This document shows, one piece after another, positions 28,550 through 38,789 of a DNA stretch of 39,997 bases. Each line of letters opens with the position of its first letter. Positions within the stretch are counted from its first letter, which is position 1. The position numbers were made by a program, and so were the translations under genes. Below the pieces are notes generated by a model that saw only the letters and a list, made by a program, of their open reading frames with translations, did not search any database and was not told the origin of the DNA. The DNA comes from Ignisphaera sp. (GTDB lineage: Archaea; Thermoproteota; Thermoprotei_A; Sulfolobales; Ignisphaeraceae), in the NCBI GenBank assembly GCA_038889075.1, contig JAWAHS010000004.1, positions 20,036 through 60,032 on the forward strand. Reading direction: 5' to 3'.

Positions 28550-29256
28550 CAGCCAAAGTCGTCTATCTAAGAATATCTATATACCTCTACACCTTTTATA
28601 TATTACCACCATAACGCTCTAGTAGAACTATAGAGATGTTTCAATAAGCCTTTCGGAGTTTTCAAAATTACGGAAACTATAGAGATTATTATACATCTAT
28701 CTAATTAAGATTAGAGAATCGCCTAGGAGAATAACCTTGTTCTCCTTCTCATAGTTTCTATCCCCTACATATCTTTGTACAGAGTTTGTTTGTATATATC
28801 CGGGGTTGATACTCCTAATGCTATATCCTATTGCTGCCGGGGATGCCGATTCCGTTCAGCATAGCTTTTTTGCTGATATAGGCATTTCTTCATCATATCG
28901 AGCATAGGTAGAGAACACTTCCCAGAGGGCTTCATAGAGCTTAGAATAACCATCCTAATTAAAGAGATTGTTGCAGCTTCCATGGCTGCGAATATGAAGA
29001 ATGCATTAATGATTAACATTGGAGCAGCTCTCCTGGTTACTGCTTTTTGGATCGCTAGAAAGAAAATACATGTACCATAGGATGGAGGAGTGCGGTAGAA
29101 ATACGGATTCAACCAGTAAGGTTATTCTACAGCCAGAATTCTTCAAATATCCGTTTTTGGGTAGCTCTAGACACTTGCTTTGCTAGTTGGATATAGCCTG
29201 TATCCCTTCACAATATTTTAAATACTGTGATAGCTATATAGTCTAGGGGATTGTAC

Positions 29257-30315
29257 ATGATGTCTAAACATCCCCTAGATCTACCTCCTGGTAGAAGGCT
29301 TTCACGTGAGGAGGTGGCTGAGGCTCTTAGGCTATCGATTATAGCTGAACTTGATGCGATTAATCTATATCTTCAGCTCGCTAGAGCTGTTGAAGATGAG
29401 AAGATTAGAAGGGTTTTTGAAGAGATAGCTAGGGAGGAGAAGACACATGTTGGTGAGTTTCTAGCTGTATTGAAGAGTCTGGATTCCGAACAGGTTGAGG
29501 AGCTGAGGAAAGGGGCTGAGGAGGTTAAGGAACTAACCGGTGTAACCGCTCCAGATCCTTCTCAAAATGTAGGAAATTCTGGAGGGGTAGAGGGTTTGAG
29601 TAGCGAAGAGAGAAAGTATCTATTAGAACAGGTTGTAAGAGTGGCGGATTCCATAAGGGTATTTAGACAGAGGCTACCTATTGTAAGAGTTGGACGTGGT
29701 GTTGATGCTGTACCTCTGGAGAGAGCCGGTACAAGGACTATTGTCACTCTTGATGAGGTATCGAAGAACTTTGTAATCACGCAAAAGGCTATAGACTACT
29801 CGAGAGCGATGAAACAACCTCTAGATGTAGGCGATGCTATTAGAGCGGCATCCGAGCTCGCCATTGATGAGGATAGAAAGGTGCTTGAAAAGCTTCTCGC
29901 TATAGAGGATGCTGTAAAGCTTACGGCAACTGGTTGGGATGAACCGGGCTCTGCTGTAGCAGAAGTATCTAGAGCAGTACAAGAGCTTGTAAGAAATGGT
30001 GCTACAGGACCATACATACTATTTGTAAGCCCAACTAGATACGCTAAGCTTGTAGCAGTCTATGAAAGGACTGGCGTTATGGAGATTACGAGACTTAAGG
30101 CACTTGTAAAGGATGTTGTAGCAACACCTGTACTGCCAGACGATACTGTGCTTATAGTTACATCAATCCCTACGGTGCTAGATATGGTAGTTGGAGGAGA
30201 TACAGAGGTTGAGTACATAGGTCCTGAGGATGGTATCCACAGGTTTAGAGTATGGGAAACTATAGCTATAAGGGTAAGAAATCCGAAGGGCATTGCCATA
30301 CTAAAGCAGACATAG
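29257..30315 (+). CDS. Ferritin-like protein fused to family 1 encapsulin shell (Pyrococcus-type Flp-encapsulin)
   Basis: N-terminal ALRLSIIAELDAINLY...IAREEKTHVGE (di-iron ExxH), linker, then shell with ELAIDEDRKV, GPYILFVSP and FRVWETIAIRVRNPKGI. Confidence 0.9.
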   Translation: MMSKHPLDLPPGRRLSREEVAEALRLSIIAELDAINLYLQLARAVEDEKIRRVFEEIAREEKTHVGEFLAVLKSLDSEQVEELRKGAEEVKELTGVTAPDPSQNVGNSGGVEGLSSEERKYLLEQVVRVADSIRVFRQRLPIVRVGRGVDAVPLERAGTRTIVTLDEVSKNFVITQKAIDYSRAMKQPLDVGDAIRAASELAIDEDRKVLEKLLAIEDAVKLTATGWDEPGSAVAEVSRAVQELVRNGATGPYILFVSPTRYAKLVAVYERTGVMEITRLKALVKDVVATPVLPDDTVLIVTSIPTVLDMVVGGDTEVEYIGPEDGIHRFRVWETIAIRVRNPKGIAILKQT

Positions 30316-30411
30316 TTTAAAACAAAAGATTATTTTTAACTACCTTTCTACGCCATATCCATGGTTAGAGATGCAGCACCTCTGGAACAACACAATCAAT
30401 TCTAAATATAT

Positions 30412-31164
30412 CTAGAGCATATCGAATAGTAGAGCTATTAGTAAACCTAGAAACAGTCCCCCCGTTGAATACTCGTCATGTTCGTGTCCAAAGATTTCAG
30501 GTGCTATTTCATGCACTACTACATAGATCATGGCGCTTGCCGAAAGGGATAAGAGAAGTGGTAGCGTTAAATTAATGTCTACAAATCCAACTATGGCTAC
30601 AAAGGATGATATGTATTCTATAGCTGCACTTAGAACACCTATGGCAAAGCTCTTTACACGACTACCCGTCGTCATGTATATGGGAAGTGCTACCGCCAGC
30701 CCCTCTGGAATATCCTGGATAGCTATGGATAGCGCAACTCTAAATCCACTATCGAGGCTATACATTGTTGAGGAACCTACAGCAATACCCTCAGGTATGT
30801 TGTGGATAGCTATAGCAAGAGCAATAAGTATAGTTTTACCAAGACTTCTACTGGATGATTGGACGGTACTGCGGATGATATTTATGTGGGGGATTAGAAG
30901 ATCTAGAGACTTAATTAGTACGAGACCAGCTATGAAACCTGCTAGCGATAGAACGGTACCGAATCCGAGAGAGGGTATAAGCAGATCAACAAACGAAACG
31001 TAGATCATAAGCCCTGCAGCAAAACCCATACCAACATCAACGAGCTTCTCCCCAATCCTTGTATGGAGAAATATGAGTGCAGAGCCAAGGATTGTAGCAA
31101 CAGCTGGGATTAGAGCATACGACGCAATATCCACAACACTACCGATGTACACCACTATTCCCAC
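30412..31164 (-). CDS. ZIP-family divalent metal transporter (ZupT/GufA-like)
   Basis: GFAAGLM, AIAIHNIPEGIAVG, IQDIPEGLAV; start may be GTG 31155. Confidence 0.92.
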   Translation of the reverse strand: MGIVVYIGSVVDIASYALIPAVATILGSALIFLHTRIGEKLVDVGMGFAAGLMIYVSFVDLLIPSLGFGTVLSLAGFIAGLVLIKSLDLLIPHINIIRSTVQSSSRSLGKTILIALAIAIHNIPEGIAVGSSTMYSLDSGFRVALSIAIQDIPEGLAVALPIYMTTGSRVKSFAIGVLSAAIEYISSFVAIVGFVDINLTLPLLLSLSASAMIYVVVHEIAPEIFGHEHDEYSTGGLFLGLLIALLFDML

Positions 31165-31167
31165 CCA

Positions 31168-31230
31168 AAATCAGAGGGTAACCACATACTCATCGGTATC
31201 CTCAAACCCCCCGAAAACTCATCATCACAG
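31168..31230 (-). ncRNA. C/D-box sRNA
   Basis: Minus strand: ATGATGA (C) GTTTTCGGGGGGT TTGA (D') GGATA CCGATGA (C') GTATGTGGTTACCCT CTGA (D); TTTTTAAA about 25 nt upstream. Confidence 0.8.
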
Positions 31231-31494
31231 CTATAGTTAATGCTTTTATCCATTTAAAAACCTACACATATTTTACTGCAAAATTCATTTAAGTTGGCAA
31301 ACAGATTATAAAGCTTAATTCTATTAGCATACTCTACTTCGCAACTACCATTCTGGGACAGCCTGCTCTTTAACATAGAAGAGGCCATATGTATTTTGGA
31401 GCTGGGTATTGTGATCAAAGCTATGTAAAGTTTTGTATTGAATGTATATTGAGTTCTGAATGGTGAATATCTATAGTGAAGTTCTATCGATTCT

Positions 31495-32859
31495 CTAGAA
31501 GTCTGTTCTAGGTATATAGGATAGATCTATCTCCTTTGGCTCATAGTCTTTTAGCTTCCCCTCTAGATACTCTTGGTATCCTGCTAGATCTAGTAGTCCG
31601 TGGCCACTCATATTGAAGAGTATAGCAATTTTCTCGTTCTTTTTCTTTGCCTCCAATGCTAAATCTATAACCGCTTTAATTGCGTGTGCCGATTCTGGTG
31701 CAGGTACTACTCCTTCTATCTGTGCAAACAGCTGGGCTGCTTTAAATACATCTGTTTGATGGTATGCTACAGGGGTTGCTATTCTATTTTTAACTAGGAG
31801 GGCGAGTGTTGGTGCTAGTCCATGGTACCTTAATCCACCTGCATGGATTGGTGGTGGTACGTATCTATGTCCAATTGTATACATCTTAATTAGTGGAGTT
31901 AGTCTAGCTGTATCTCCATAATCATATGTGTAGACCCCTTTTGTCATTGATGGAACTGCCTTTGGCTCTACAGCTATGAATTTTGCATCCCTTTTCCTAC
32001 CTCTTACTATAGCTTCGTAGTAGAATGGATATGCCAGTCCTGCGAAATTGCTTCCACCACCTACACAACCAACAATGTAATCGGGGATTCCCTCTCCCAT
32101 CAATTCTAGCTGTTTCAGTGCCTCTAAGCCTATAACTGTTTGATGCATAAGTACGTGGTTTAGCACAGATCCCAAGCTATACTTAGTTTTTGGATTGGTT
32201 ACAGCATCCTCTATAGCTTCACTTATAGCTATCCCTAGAGAACCTGGATGGTTAGGATTCTGCTCAAGTATAGCTCTACCCGATTTTGTATATAGGCTTG
32301 GGCTAGGCACCACCTCTGCTCCATAGAGCTGCATAAGTATTCTTCTATATGGTTTCTGTTCATAGCTTGCACGAACCATGTAGACCCTTATCTTCAGCCC
32401 AAACACAGCTCCAGCTAGAGATAGTGCAGAACCCCACTGACCTGCTCCAGTCTCTGTTGCAAGCCGTTCAACACCTTCAAGCTTATTGAAGTACGCCTGG
32501 GCTAGAGCTGTATTAACTTTATGCGAACCTGTAGGCATAACACCCTCGTATTTGAAATATATCCTAGCCGGTGTATCTAGATACTTCTCAAGTCTAAATG
32601 CTCTAAGAATAGGCGTAGGTCTACCCATCTCCAGGTAGTAGCCTATGAGATCTTCAGGTATAGAGATAAATCTTTCCATAGAGATCTCTTGACGGATTAA
32701 CGATTTAGGGAATATGGCTTCAAGCTCCTCAGGCCTTAGGGGAGATCCATCAGGTTTAAGCATTGGTGGTAGAGGTTCAGGAAGATCTGGAACGATATTG
32801 TACCAGTGGCTTGGCACTATATCAGCCGATTGAATAGATCTAACGAGATCTAAATCCAT
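31495..32859 (-). CDS. trpB2: Tryptophan synthase beta-like protein TrpB2
   Basis: [20 protein letters not shown] (PLP Lys), [30 protein letters not shown]. Confidence 0.96.
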   Translation of the reverse strand: MDLDLVRSIQSADIVPSHWYNIVPDLPEPLPPMLKPDGSPLRPEELEAIFPKSLIRQEISMERFISIPEDLIGYYLEMGRPTPILRAFRLEKYLDTPARIYFKYEGVMPTGSHKVNTALAQAYFNKLEGVERLATETGAGQWGSALSLAGAVFGLKIRVYMVRASYEQKPYRRILMQLYGAEVVPSPSLYTKSGRAILEQNPNHPGSLGIAISEAIEDAVTNPKTKYSLGSVLNHVLMHQTVIGLEALKQLELMGEGIPDYIVGCVGGGSNFAGLAYPFYYEAIVRGRKRDAKFIAVEPKAVPSMTKGVYTYDYGDTARLTPLIKMYTIGHRYVPPPIHAGGLRYHGLAPTLALLVKNRIATPVAYHQTDVFKAAQLFAQIEGVVPAPESAHAIKAVIDLALEAKKKNEKIAILFNMSGHGLLDLAGYQEYLEGKLKDYEPKEIDLSYIPRTDF

Positions 32860-33181
32860 TGGAACATGATTCCACCTTACCCTAAGGTAAGGAGCAGGGG
32901 ATAAAAAGTCTTTCGCTTAATAAATCGAAAATACAGCTACCCTAAACCAATCGGATTACGCTACATAATTAGATCTGCGCTCCTCTACTATTTTTGCTCA
33001 ACCCTTAGAAATAAGCTCTGTATAGTAGGGAGGGTATTGTACAGACATCTATTGTCTATGAGATTGACGGCTACTGCTCACACCTACTTATATAGATCCA
33101 CGGTATAGCTGACGACCTTGGTCTACGGACTATATAGGAGATGGAGTGGGAAATGTAAAAGTATTGAATAGATTAGAATAT

Positions 33182-33871
33182 CTATGTATTGGAAAGCTGT
33201 ATTTCCTTGTTCAAAACCCATGCTATACCTCCTAAGATGTGCTTCTGAAACCATTCCTCTCTCCATCTCTTAGTCTGGTGGCCAAAGGCTGTATAGAATA
33301 CTCTACCATTTCTATAGCTATGGCACCATGCCATAGGATACTCTACAGCATCTTTTGGTGATTTGGATAGGTCTACGGATGATGTATCTAGACTTATTAA
33401 TACATTTGTTCTATTTCGCCCAATCCAGTTCTTGAATACGTAGATCTCTTCATAGACTTTGAAGCTCTTTGATAAGTGTTTTGTTGATGGGTGATGCGGA
33501 TCTTCTACAATAAATACTGCCTCTTGGGTCCAGGGGTGTGAATGGAAGTACCCTCCAAGTATTTCTCCATAGGGAGTATAGCTGTATAGTGTGTCAGCTG
33601 CGTTATGTACCCCTATGAATCCTCCTCCATTCTCGATAAACTCTGTAAATAGATTTCTCTGTCTCTCAGAGAAAGGTATCTCACCTGATGTTAGGAAAAT
33701 AACCACATCTAAACTATTCAATGTATTTTCATTGAATTCTTCTAAATCTTCCGTAGCATATACTTCAAAAATCCCTGTTCTCTCTCCCAGCTTAGTGAGA
33801 ATTTCTACGGCAGTTGTTATATAGCTGTGTCTATAACCAGCATTGTAAGTGAAGATGAGGATTCTATCCAT
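33182..33871 (-). CDS. ThuA-domain (class I glutamine amidotransferase-like) protein
   Basis: GYRH, GGGFIGVHNA, GGYFHSHP, EEIY, GRVFYTAFGH. Confidence 0.88.
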   Translation of the reverse strand: MDRILIFTYNAGYRHSYITTAVEILTKLGERTGIFEVYATEDLEEFNENTLNSLDVVIFLTSGEIPFSERQRNLFTEFIENGGGFIGVHNAADTLYSYTPYGEILGGYFHSHPWTQEAVFIVEDPHHPSTKHLSKSFKVYEEIYVFKNWIGRNRTNVLISLDTSSVDLSKSPKDAVEYPMAWCHSYRNGRVFYTAFGHQTKRWREEWFQKHILGGIAWVLNKEIQLSNT

Positions 33872-34086
33872 AGTGCTACCCATTAAATGAATTCTCTACA
33901 TCACCAGGTTTGCTCTTCCCGTTAATACTCCACTATAGTTGTAACATGTTCTTTCGACATATATAAGTTGTTATTACCGGTAGCTTTATCAGTAGATAGA
34001 ATATGTAGGGATTATTCCATATTTTTACTATCCAATAATTCGAATAGAGATGCACAGCCTTTGGAATACCCTTTGTACTAGCTATG

Positions 34087-34806
34087 TCACCTTGAAATGG
34101 TTAGACAGTTCGAATTCTTTTTCCCTAGCCAATATCTTTTAATCTTAACCATATGTTCGAATTCTGATACGGTCAGAATCTCTCCATCGATACATATCCT
34201 ACTTCTATAGTGTGGAGCATCTATAACTAGTGTCTCGGCTTCACCACCTTCGAAAGCTGCATTGAATCCGTATCTTCTGGATAGTGTTACAATAGCTTCA
34301 ACATCGCTTTTCGTTATTGGTTTTGCTAGAAGTTCTCTTGATAATCCCATTGTCGAAATCTTTGTTATAATGAATAGAAATCCCTCTTCTATGAGCTTCC
34401 TCATATACTGTTCCTGATCCAAGCCCCATAGCGGGGCGTAGAGTTCTACACCAAGCTCTCTAGCCACCTTTTCAAATCTAGTCAGCTGGTATCTGCTTGC
34501 AATAGCGCCGCAGACCATGCCATCAAAATCTATACTGTTCTTTAGCTTAGCTAGAAAATCTGCAAACTCTATGAGCTCCACATCTCTAATACCACTTACC
34601 TCAGCTAGGTAAACCCTATCTCGAAGACCCATAGCCTCAGCTTGGAGTATGGCAAGCTCTGGATAGATAGAGTGGAACAGCCAGCTATCATCCCGCATAG
34701 GTTTTACCACAACTAGACAGGCTATCCTATGACCTTCAGACATCATTTTGTAGAGGGCATAGTTGCTATCCTTACCCCCAGAGAGTAGAGCACATAGATT
34801 TGCCAC
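34087..34806 (-). CDS. dph6: Diphthine--ammonia ligase (Dph6/MJ0570 family ATP pyrophosphatase)
   Basis: LSGGKDS, GAIASRYQ, PLWG, FEGGEAETLVIDAP. Confidence 0.88.
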   Translation of the reverse strand: MANLCALLSGGKDSNYALYKMMSEGHRIACLVVVKPMRDDSWLFHSIYPELAILQAEAMGLRDRVYLAEVSGIRDVELIEFADFLAKLKNSIDFDGMVCGAIASRYQLTRFEKVARELGVELYAPLWGLDQEQYMRKLIEEGFLFIITKISTMGLSRELLAKPITKSDVEAIVTLSRRYGFNAAFEGGEAETLVIDAPHYRSRICIDGEILTVSEFEHMVKIKRYWLGKKNSNCLTISR

Positions 34807-34944
34807 CTCTCCACCACCTATACTAACTACGATTCTCTATAGCTGAATTCGAAGCTGCATCCATAGATTCTAGGTGGTGTTAGCCACTGGAAGTTCTGTC
34901 CATGGTGTAGATGGATTGGTTTGCTGCTGTGTGATTCGATTGCT

Positions 34945-36045
34945 CTACTCGTATTCTATTGTTGCTGGAGGCTTTGGTGTTATATCGAATGCTACTACTC
35001 TTACCTTTGGTAGAAGCGATACTATATTCTCTGCAACTAGTTTAAGCTCATCGATATCAACCCTCGGTACCTCCGCCACCATATAGTTCTCTGTTTTAAC
35101 AATTCTTATAGCAGCTACGTACTCTCCCCCACCACTGTCTACAAGTTCTGTAAGTACATGTGGATATTGCCTGCTGTCAAAGTACCTATATAGCTTCCAT
35201 GTATCTAATTCCGCTGGATACCTTCTAATGAGTAGTGGATGGCCATACACACGGACACCGTCTACAACACCTGTTGTTCTAACGCTAAAGACTAGGTACT
35301 CTATACTATCTATCCTCCCTTCCTCAGCTACCTGGTACTCCCATATAGCTGGAAAGTACTGGCTATATCCCCTATCACCCAGCTTCTCCTCAACAATTTC
35401 CGTAGCCTTTCTCACCAACTCTAGCTTCTCCCTATAAAACCTTCCAACGGTTCTGATAAGGAGTCCTGGTCCTGGAAATGGTTGTCTCTCAGCAATCCAT
35501 CTAGGCAAGCCTAGCTGTCTAGCTACCTCTCTAACCTCATGTTTATACAGATCTATCAAAGGCTCTATAACTCTCAGGTTAAAGCGTTTAAGAAGCTCTT
35601 CATTCAACACATTGTGTTGCGTCTTTATTCTACCAACTGTTTCAACGACATCAGCCTTTATTGTTCCCTGAACAACCCAGCTGCACCTCTTCTCCTCAGC
35701 AATATCCTTAACAGCTCTATAGAAACCCTCTCTAAAGGCAATCCTCTTCTCCTCAGCATCGAATAGACCCTCAATACCGGATACGATATCATCAGCAAAG
35801 TTATATACCTCTAAATCGAGTAGACCCCTCAAAGCATCTCTAACCCTTTCAGCTTCACCTAGCCTCATAAATCCTGTGTCTATAAAAACTGGATACACCC
35901 TATCGCCAAGGGCAATCCTTGCTATAATAGCAGAAACAGTACTATCAACACCACCACTAACACATGCAATAGCACAATCCACATCTCTATATAGAGACCT
36001 AACCTCTGCAACAAGCCTTTCAATAGATGGTGTATAGGTCAACAC
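34945..36045 (-). CDS. guaAB: GMP synthase ATP-pyrophosphatase subunit B
   Basis: SGGVDS, DTGFMRLGE, QGTIKAD, IKTQHNV, QPFPGPGL, DITPKPPATIEYE. Confidence 0.9.
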   Translation of the reverse strand: MLTYTPSIERLVAEVRSLYRDVDCAIACVSGGVDSTVSAIIARIALGDRVYPVFIDTGFMRLGEAERVRDALRGLLDLEVYNFADDIVSGIEGLFDAEEKRIAFREGFYRAVKDIAEEKRCSWVVQGTIKADVVETVGRIKTQHNVLNEELLKRFNLRVIEPLIDLYKHEVREVARQLGLPRWIAERQPFPGPGLLIRTVGRFYREKLELVRKATEIVEEKLGDRGYSQYFPAIWEYQVAEEGRIDSIEYLVFSVRTTGVVDGVRVYGHPLLIRRYPAELDTWKLYRYFDSRQYPHVLTELVDSGGGEYVAAIRIVKTENYMVAEVPRVDIDELKLVAENIVSLLPKVRVVAFDITPKPPATIEYE

Positions 36046-36286
36046 CGTTCACCATTTGTACAAGCTATATAATAGGGGTAAGGAATAAAAAGCTTTACAT
36101 ATCCATAGATTTCTACATAAATTATATAAAATGTGCAGCTAGATTATAACATAGCACTGCCTACCAGTGTACTCCAGAGGTAGATCCATGGATATAGTGG
36201 ATGCTGTACAGTTTTCCATCTAAGGATTTCATGTTACTATTAACTCTATATATATTTAAGATGGTGTTCCTCTACTAGGTAGCCAG

Positions 36287-37015
36287 GTGGATAATTTGGT
36301 GTACAATCTTATAGGAGGTATTGTAGATAGGTTTAGCCTAGGGGAATTTGCAAAACTTATAGATAGTACTCTGCTAAAGCCGGATGCAACGGTTGATGAT
36401 GTTTTGAAGAGTATAGAGGAGACGAGGAGGTATGGTTTTAAGTGTCTAGTTCTATCCCCTAGCTATGCAGTATACGTTCTATCTAAGGGTTTGGCTAAGG
36501 ATATTGATATATGTAGTGTTGTCGGTTTTCCAATGGGCTATGCAACAACGAGGGCTAAGGCTATGGAGGCAGAGGAGCTTCTATCCCACGGTGTTAAGGA
36601 GATCGATATTGTTATGAATATACAGCTCTTTAAGAGTGGAATGTTCGATGCTGTTCTAAGTGATGTAGCTACCGTGGTTGATATTGCTAAGAGGTATGGT
36701 GCTATTGCTAAGGTAATTATCGAGTCTCCACTGCTTAGCTATAGTGAGAAGGTGAGAGCGGTTGAGATAGCTATAGAGTCTGGAGCCCATTTTGTAAAGA
36801 CATCCACAGGTATTCTATCAAAGACTCCTCTACACGATGTCTATATACTTGTTGAGTTAGCTAGGGGAAGGATTAAGGTTAAGGCTGCTGGAGGCTTTAG
36901 CAATGCTATCGATACCCTTACTGCTATAGCTATAGGAGCGGAGAGGATAGGGACGTCATCAGCTGTACAGATAGTTAGAGAATTTCAGGAATTGAAGGGT
37001 CTTAGATGTAGATAA
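36287..37015 (+). CDS. deoC: Deoxyribose-phosphate aldolase
   Basis: IDSTLLKP, VVGFPMG, EIDIVMN, KVIIE, FVKTSTG, VKAAGG, RIGTS. Confidence 0.95.
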   Translation: MDNLVYNLIGGIVDRFSLGEFAKLIDSTLLKPDATVDDVLKSIEETRRYGFKCLVLSPSYAVYVLSKGLAKDIDICSVVGFPMGYATTRAKAMEAEELLSHGVKEIDIVMNIQLFKSGMFDAVLSDVATVVDIAKRYGAIAKVIIESPLLSYSEKVRAVEIAIESGAHFVKTSTGILSKTPLHDVYILVELARGRIKVKAAGGFSNAIDTLTAIAIGAERIGTSSAVQIVREFQELKGLRCR

Positions 37016-37072
37016 AATAGGTGGTATCGTTGGGCTGTTCCACAATTTTGACTTTCTGTAGATGGTGGGCCG

Positions 37073-37345
37073 ATGTCTAGCTATGAGATACCCGGTGTGG
37101 GTAAGATCTATAGTGAAAGGGTGGGGCAGAGGTCTGTAAGGGTATGTGCAGAAATAGCTGAATATGTCAGGATATGCCTAACTATGGATATGGAACCGCT
37201 TAAGCAGAATATCGAGAAGGAGATAGAAATGCTGTTCACCAAATACGAGGCTATACTAGTTGAGGGCTTCGTTAAAGGTCTATCGTATGTAGCATCAATG
37301 ATAGAGATGGAGAGGAAGGCCGGTACCTCAACAATATATATGTAG
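37073..37345 (+). CDS. Hypothetical protein (90 aa)
   Basis: SD GGTGG before ATG, co-directional in the cluster, host-like codons. Confidence 0.65.
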   Translation: MSSYEIPGVGKIYSERVGQRSVRVCAEIAEYVRICLTMDMEPLKQNIEKEIEMLFTKYEAILVEGFVKGLSYVASMIEMERKAGTSTIYM

Positions 37346-37411
37346 AGATATGGAGCCATATATAGTGTATCTGGAAAAGATGTTCATTCCATATATATAG
37401 AGGTCTCTACT

Positions 37412-38134
37412 ATGATATCTACAGTAGATCTACTCATCGAACTAGCTCGTGAAATTAGAGATGGTAATCTAAGGTCTCTAGTGTTGGACATAGTTAGCAA
37501 TCCAAGGCTTAGCTTTACATCTATAGAGCCTCTAATCAGTATAGCCGATTCGCCTGCTGCACCAAGGAAGCACCACATGTTTTCAGGAGGTCTTATAGTA
37601 CATACTGTTTGTGTTGTAAAAATTGCTCTCGCCATACAGAAGATATTTGAGGAGGTCTATGGAATTAGGACTAACCGTGATCTGGTGCTGGCAGCAGCAA
37701 TTCTACACGATGTATATAAGTACTATCAGTACAGTAGAGACAACCTCAACGGTGGATATAAGCCTAGAGATGACTGGTACCTTAGCCACGACTACGCAAT
37801 AGTTGCTGAGATAGCAAGAAGGGGCGGTGGAGATGATCTGATAAGGGTTGTCTCAGAGGTTCACGGAATTGCACCAATAACTACACTCGAGGGTTTGATA
37901 GTACATCTAGCCGACTCCATAGATGCGAGATTTGGTGAATACATACAGAATGAAGCCATCTCAGCTATAAAGAACTCTGGGTTAGAGAATCTAGGCTGTA
38001 AACCAGCTGTACTACTAGATTTAGCTGTAAAGAAGTTTGGAATACAAACAGTATTCCAGTACATCAATGATAGAACAAAACTCTACGAATTATTCCACAC
38101 ACTATGCAGTGAAGCAGCCTCCTCTCCACACTGA
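37412..38134 (+). CDS. HD-domain phosphohydrolase (YhaM-like HD domain, no OB fold)
   Basis: PAAPRKHHMFSGGLIVHT, AAILHDVYK, VHG, HLADSIDA. Confidence 0.85.
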   Translation: MISTVDLLIELAREIRDGNLRSLVLDIVSNPRLSFTSIEPLISIADSPAAPRKHHMFSGGLIVHTVCVVKIALAIQKIFEEVYGIRTNRDLVLAAAILHDVYKYYQYSRDNLNGGYKPRDDWYLSHDYAIVAEIARRGGGDDLIRVVSEVHGIAPITTLEGLIVHLADSIDARFGEYIQNEAISAIKNSGLENLGCKPAVLLDLAVKKFGIQTVFQYINDRTKLYELFHTLCSEAASSPH

Positions 38135-38336
38135 AAATAGCTACCACCTTTAGCAATAAACCGATGCAGAACTGTACCGAGGGTAAACACAAATCTAACA
38201 TAGCTACAATTTTACACCGATATTCTCAGACAGTACTCTAAATAGAGTTTTCTTTACCAACTTCAGGAAGACCATCTGAACTTATATACCGCTCTTTTTT
38301 CAAAAATAGTACTCGAGATATATCTGGAGATATATT

Positions 38337-38786
38337 ATGAGACCTATAGATAGAGGTTTGGCTAAAGCATTTGTTTTGAGGATCCTTGTGGAAGGTCCCA
38401 TGCACGGCTATGGAATTATGAAGAGGGTTAGAGAGATTACAGGTTTTGTTCCCAGTCCTGGACACATATATCTACTTCTTAGGAAGCTTGAAAGGGAAGG
38501 TCTAGTGGAGGTGAGTCTTTCCTATATCGGTGGGAGAAGAGTTAAGATATATAGGCTCTCAGATAGGGGTAGAGAGTTTCTTGAGGACAATAAAGATCTG
38601 TTAAAACAATTTGATGTATATGTTGAGCGTTTTAGGAAGGCTAGAGAGATAGAGCTTCACAAACTCTTCAAAACTATCCACAGCATATTTGAATCACTTG
38701 ATAGAATACCTAGCGATAAGATGGAGGCTATTAAGGAGGCTGTAAACGATTTTATTAAAAGGGTTAATAGAATTGTGGGTGAGTAG
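38337..38786 (+). CDS. PadR-family transcriptional regulator
   Basis: GPMHGYGIM, PSPGHIYLLLRKLEREGLV, KIYRLSDRG. Confidence 0.92.
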   Translation: MRPIDRGLAKAFVLRILVEGPMHGYGIMKRVREITGFVPSPGHIYLLLRKLEREGLVEVSLSYIGGRRVKIYRLSDRGREFLEDNKDLLKQFDVYVERFRKAREIELHKLFKTIHSIFESLDRIPSDKMEAIKEAVNDFIKRVNRIVGE

Positions 38787-38789
38787 ACC

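Noticed and set aside
28857-28897. Minus-strand ATGATGA...CTGA pair
   Set aside because: Boxes are only ~30 nt apart with no D'/C' and the guides are A-rich
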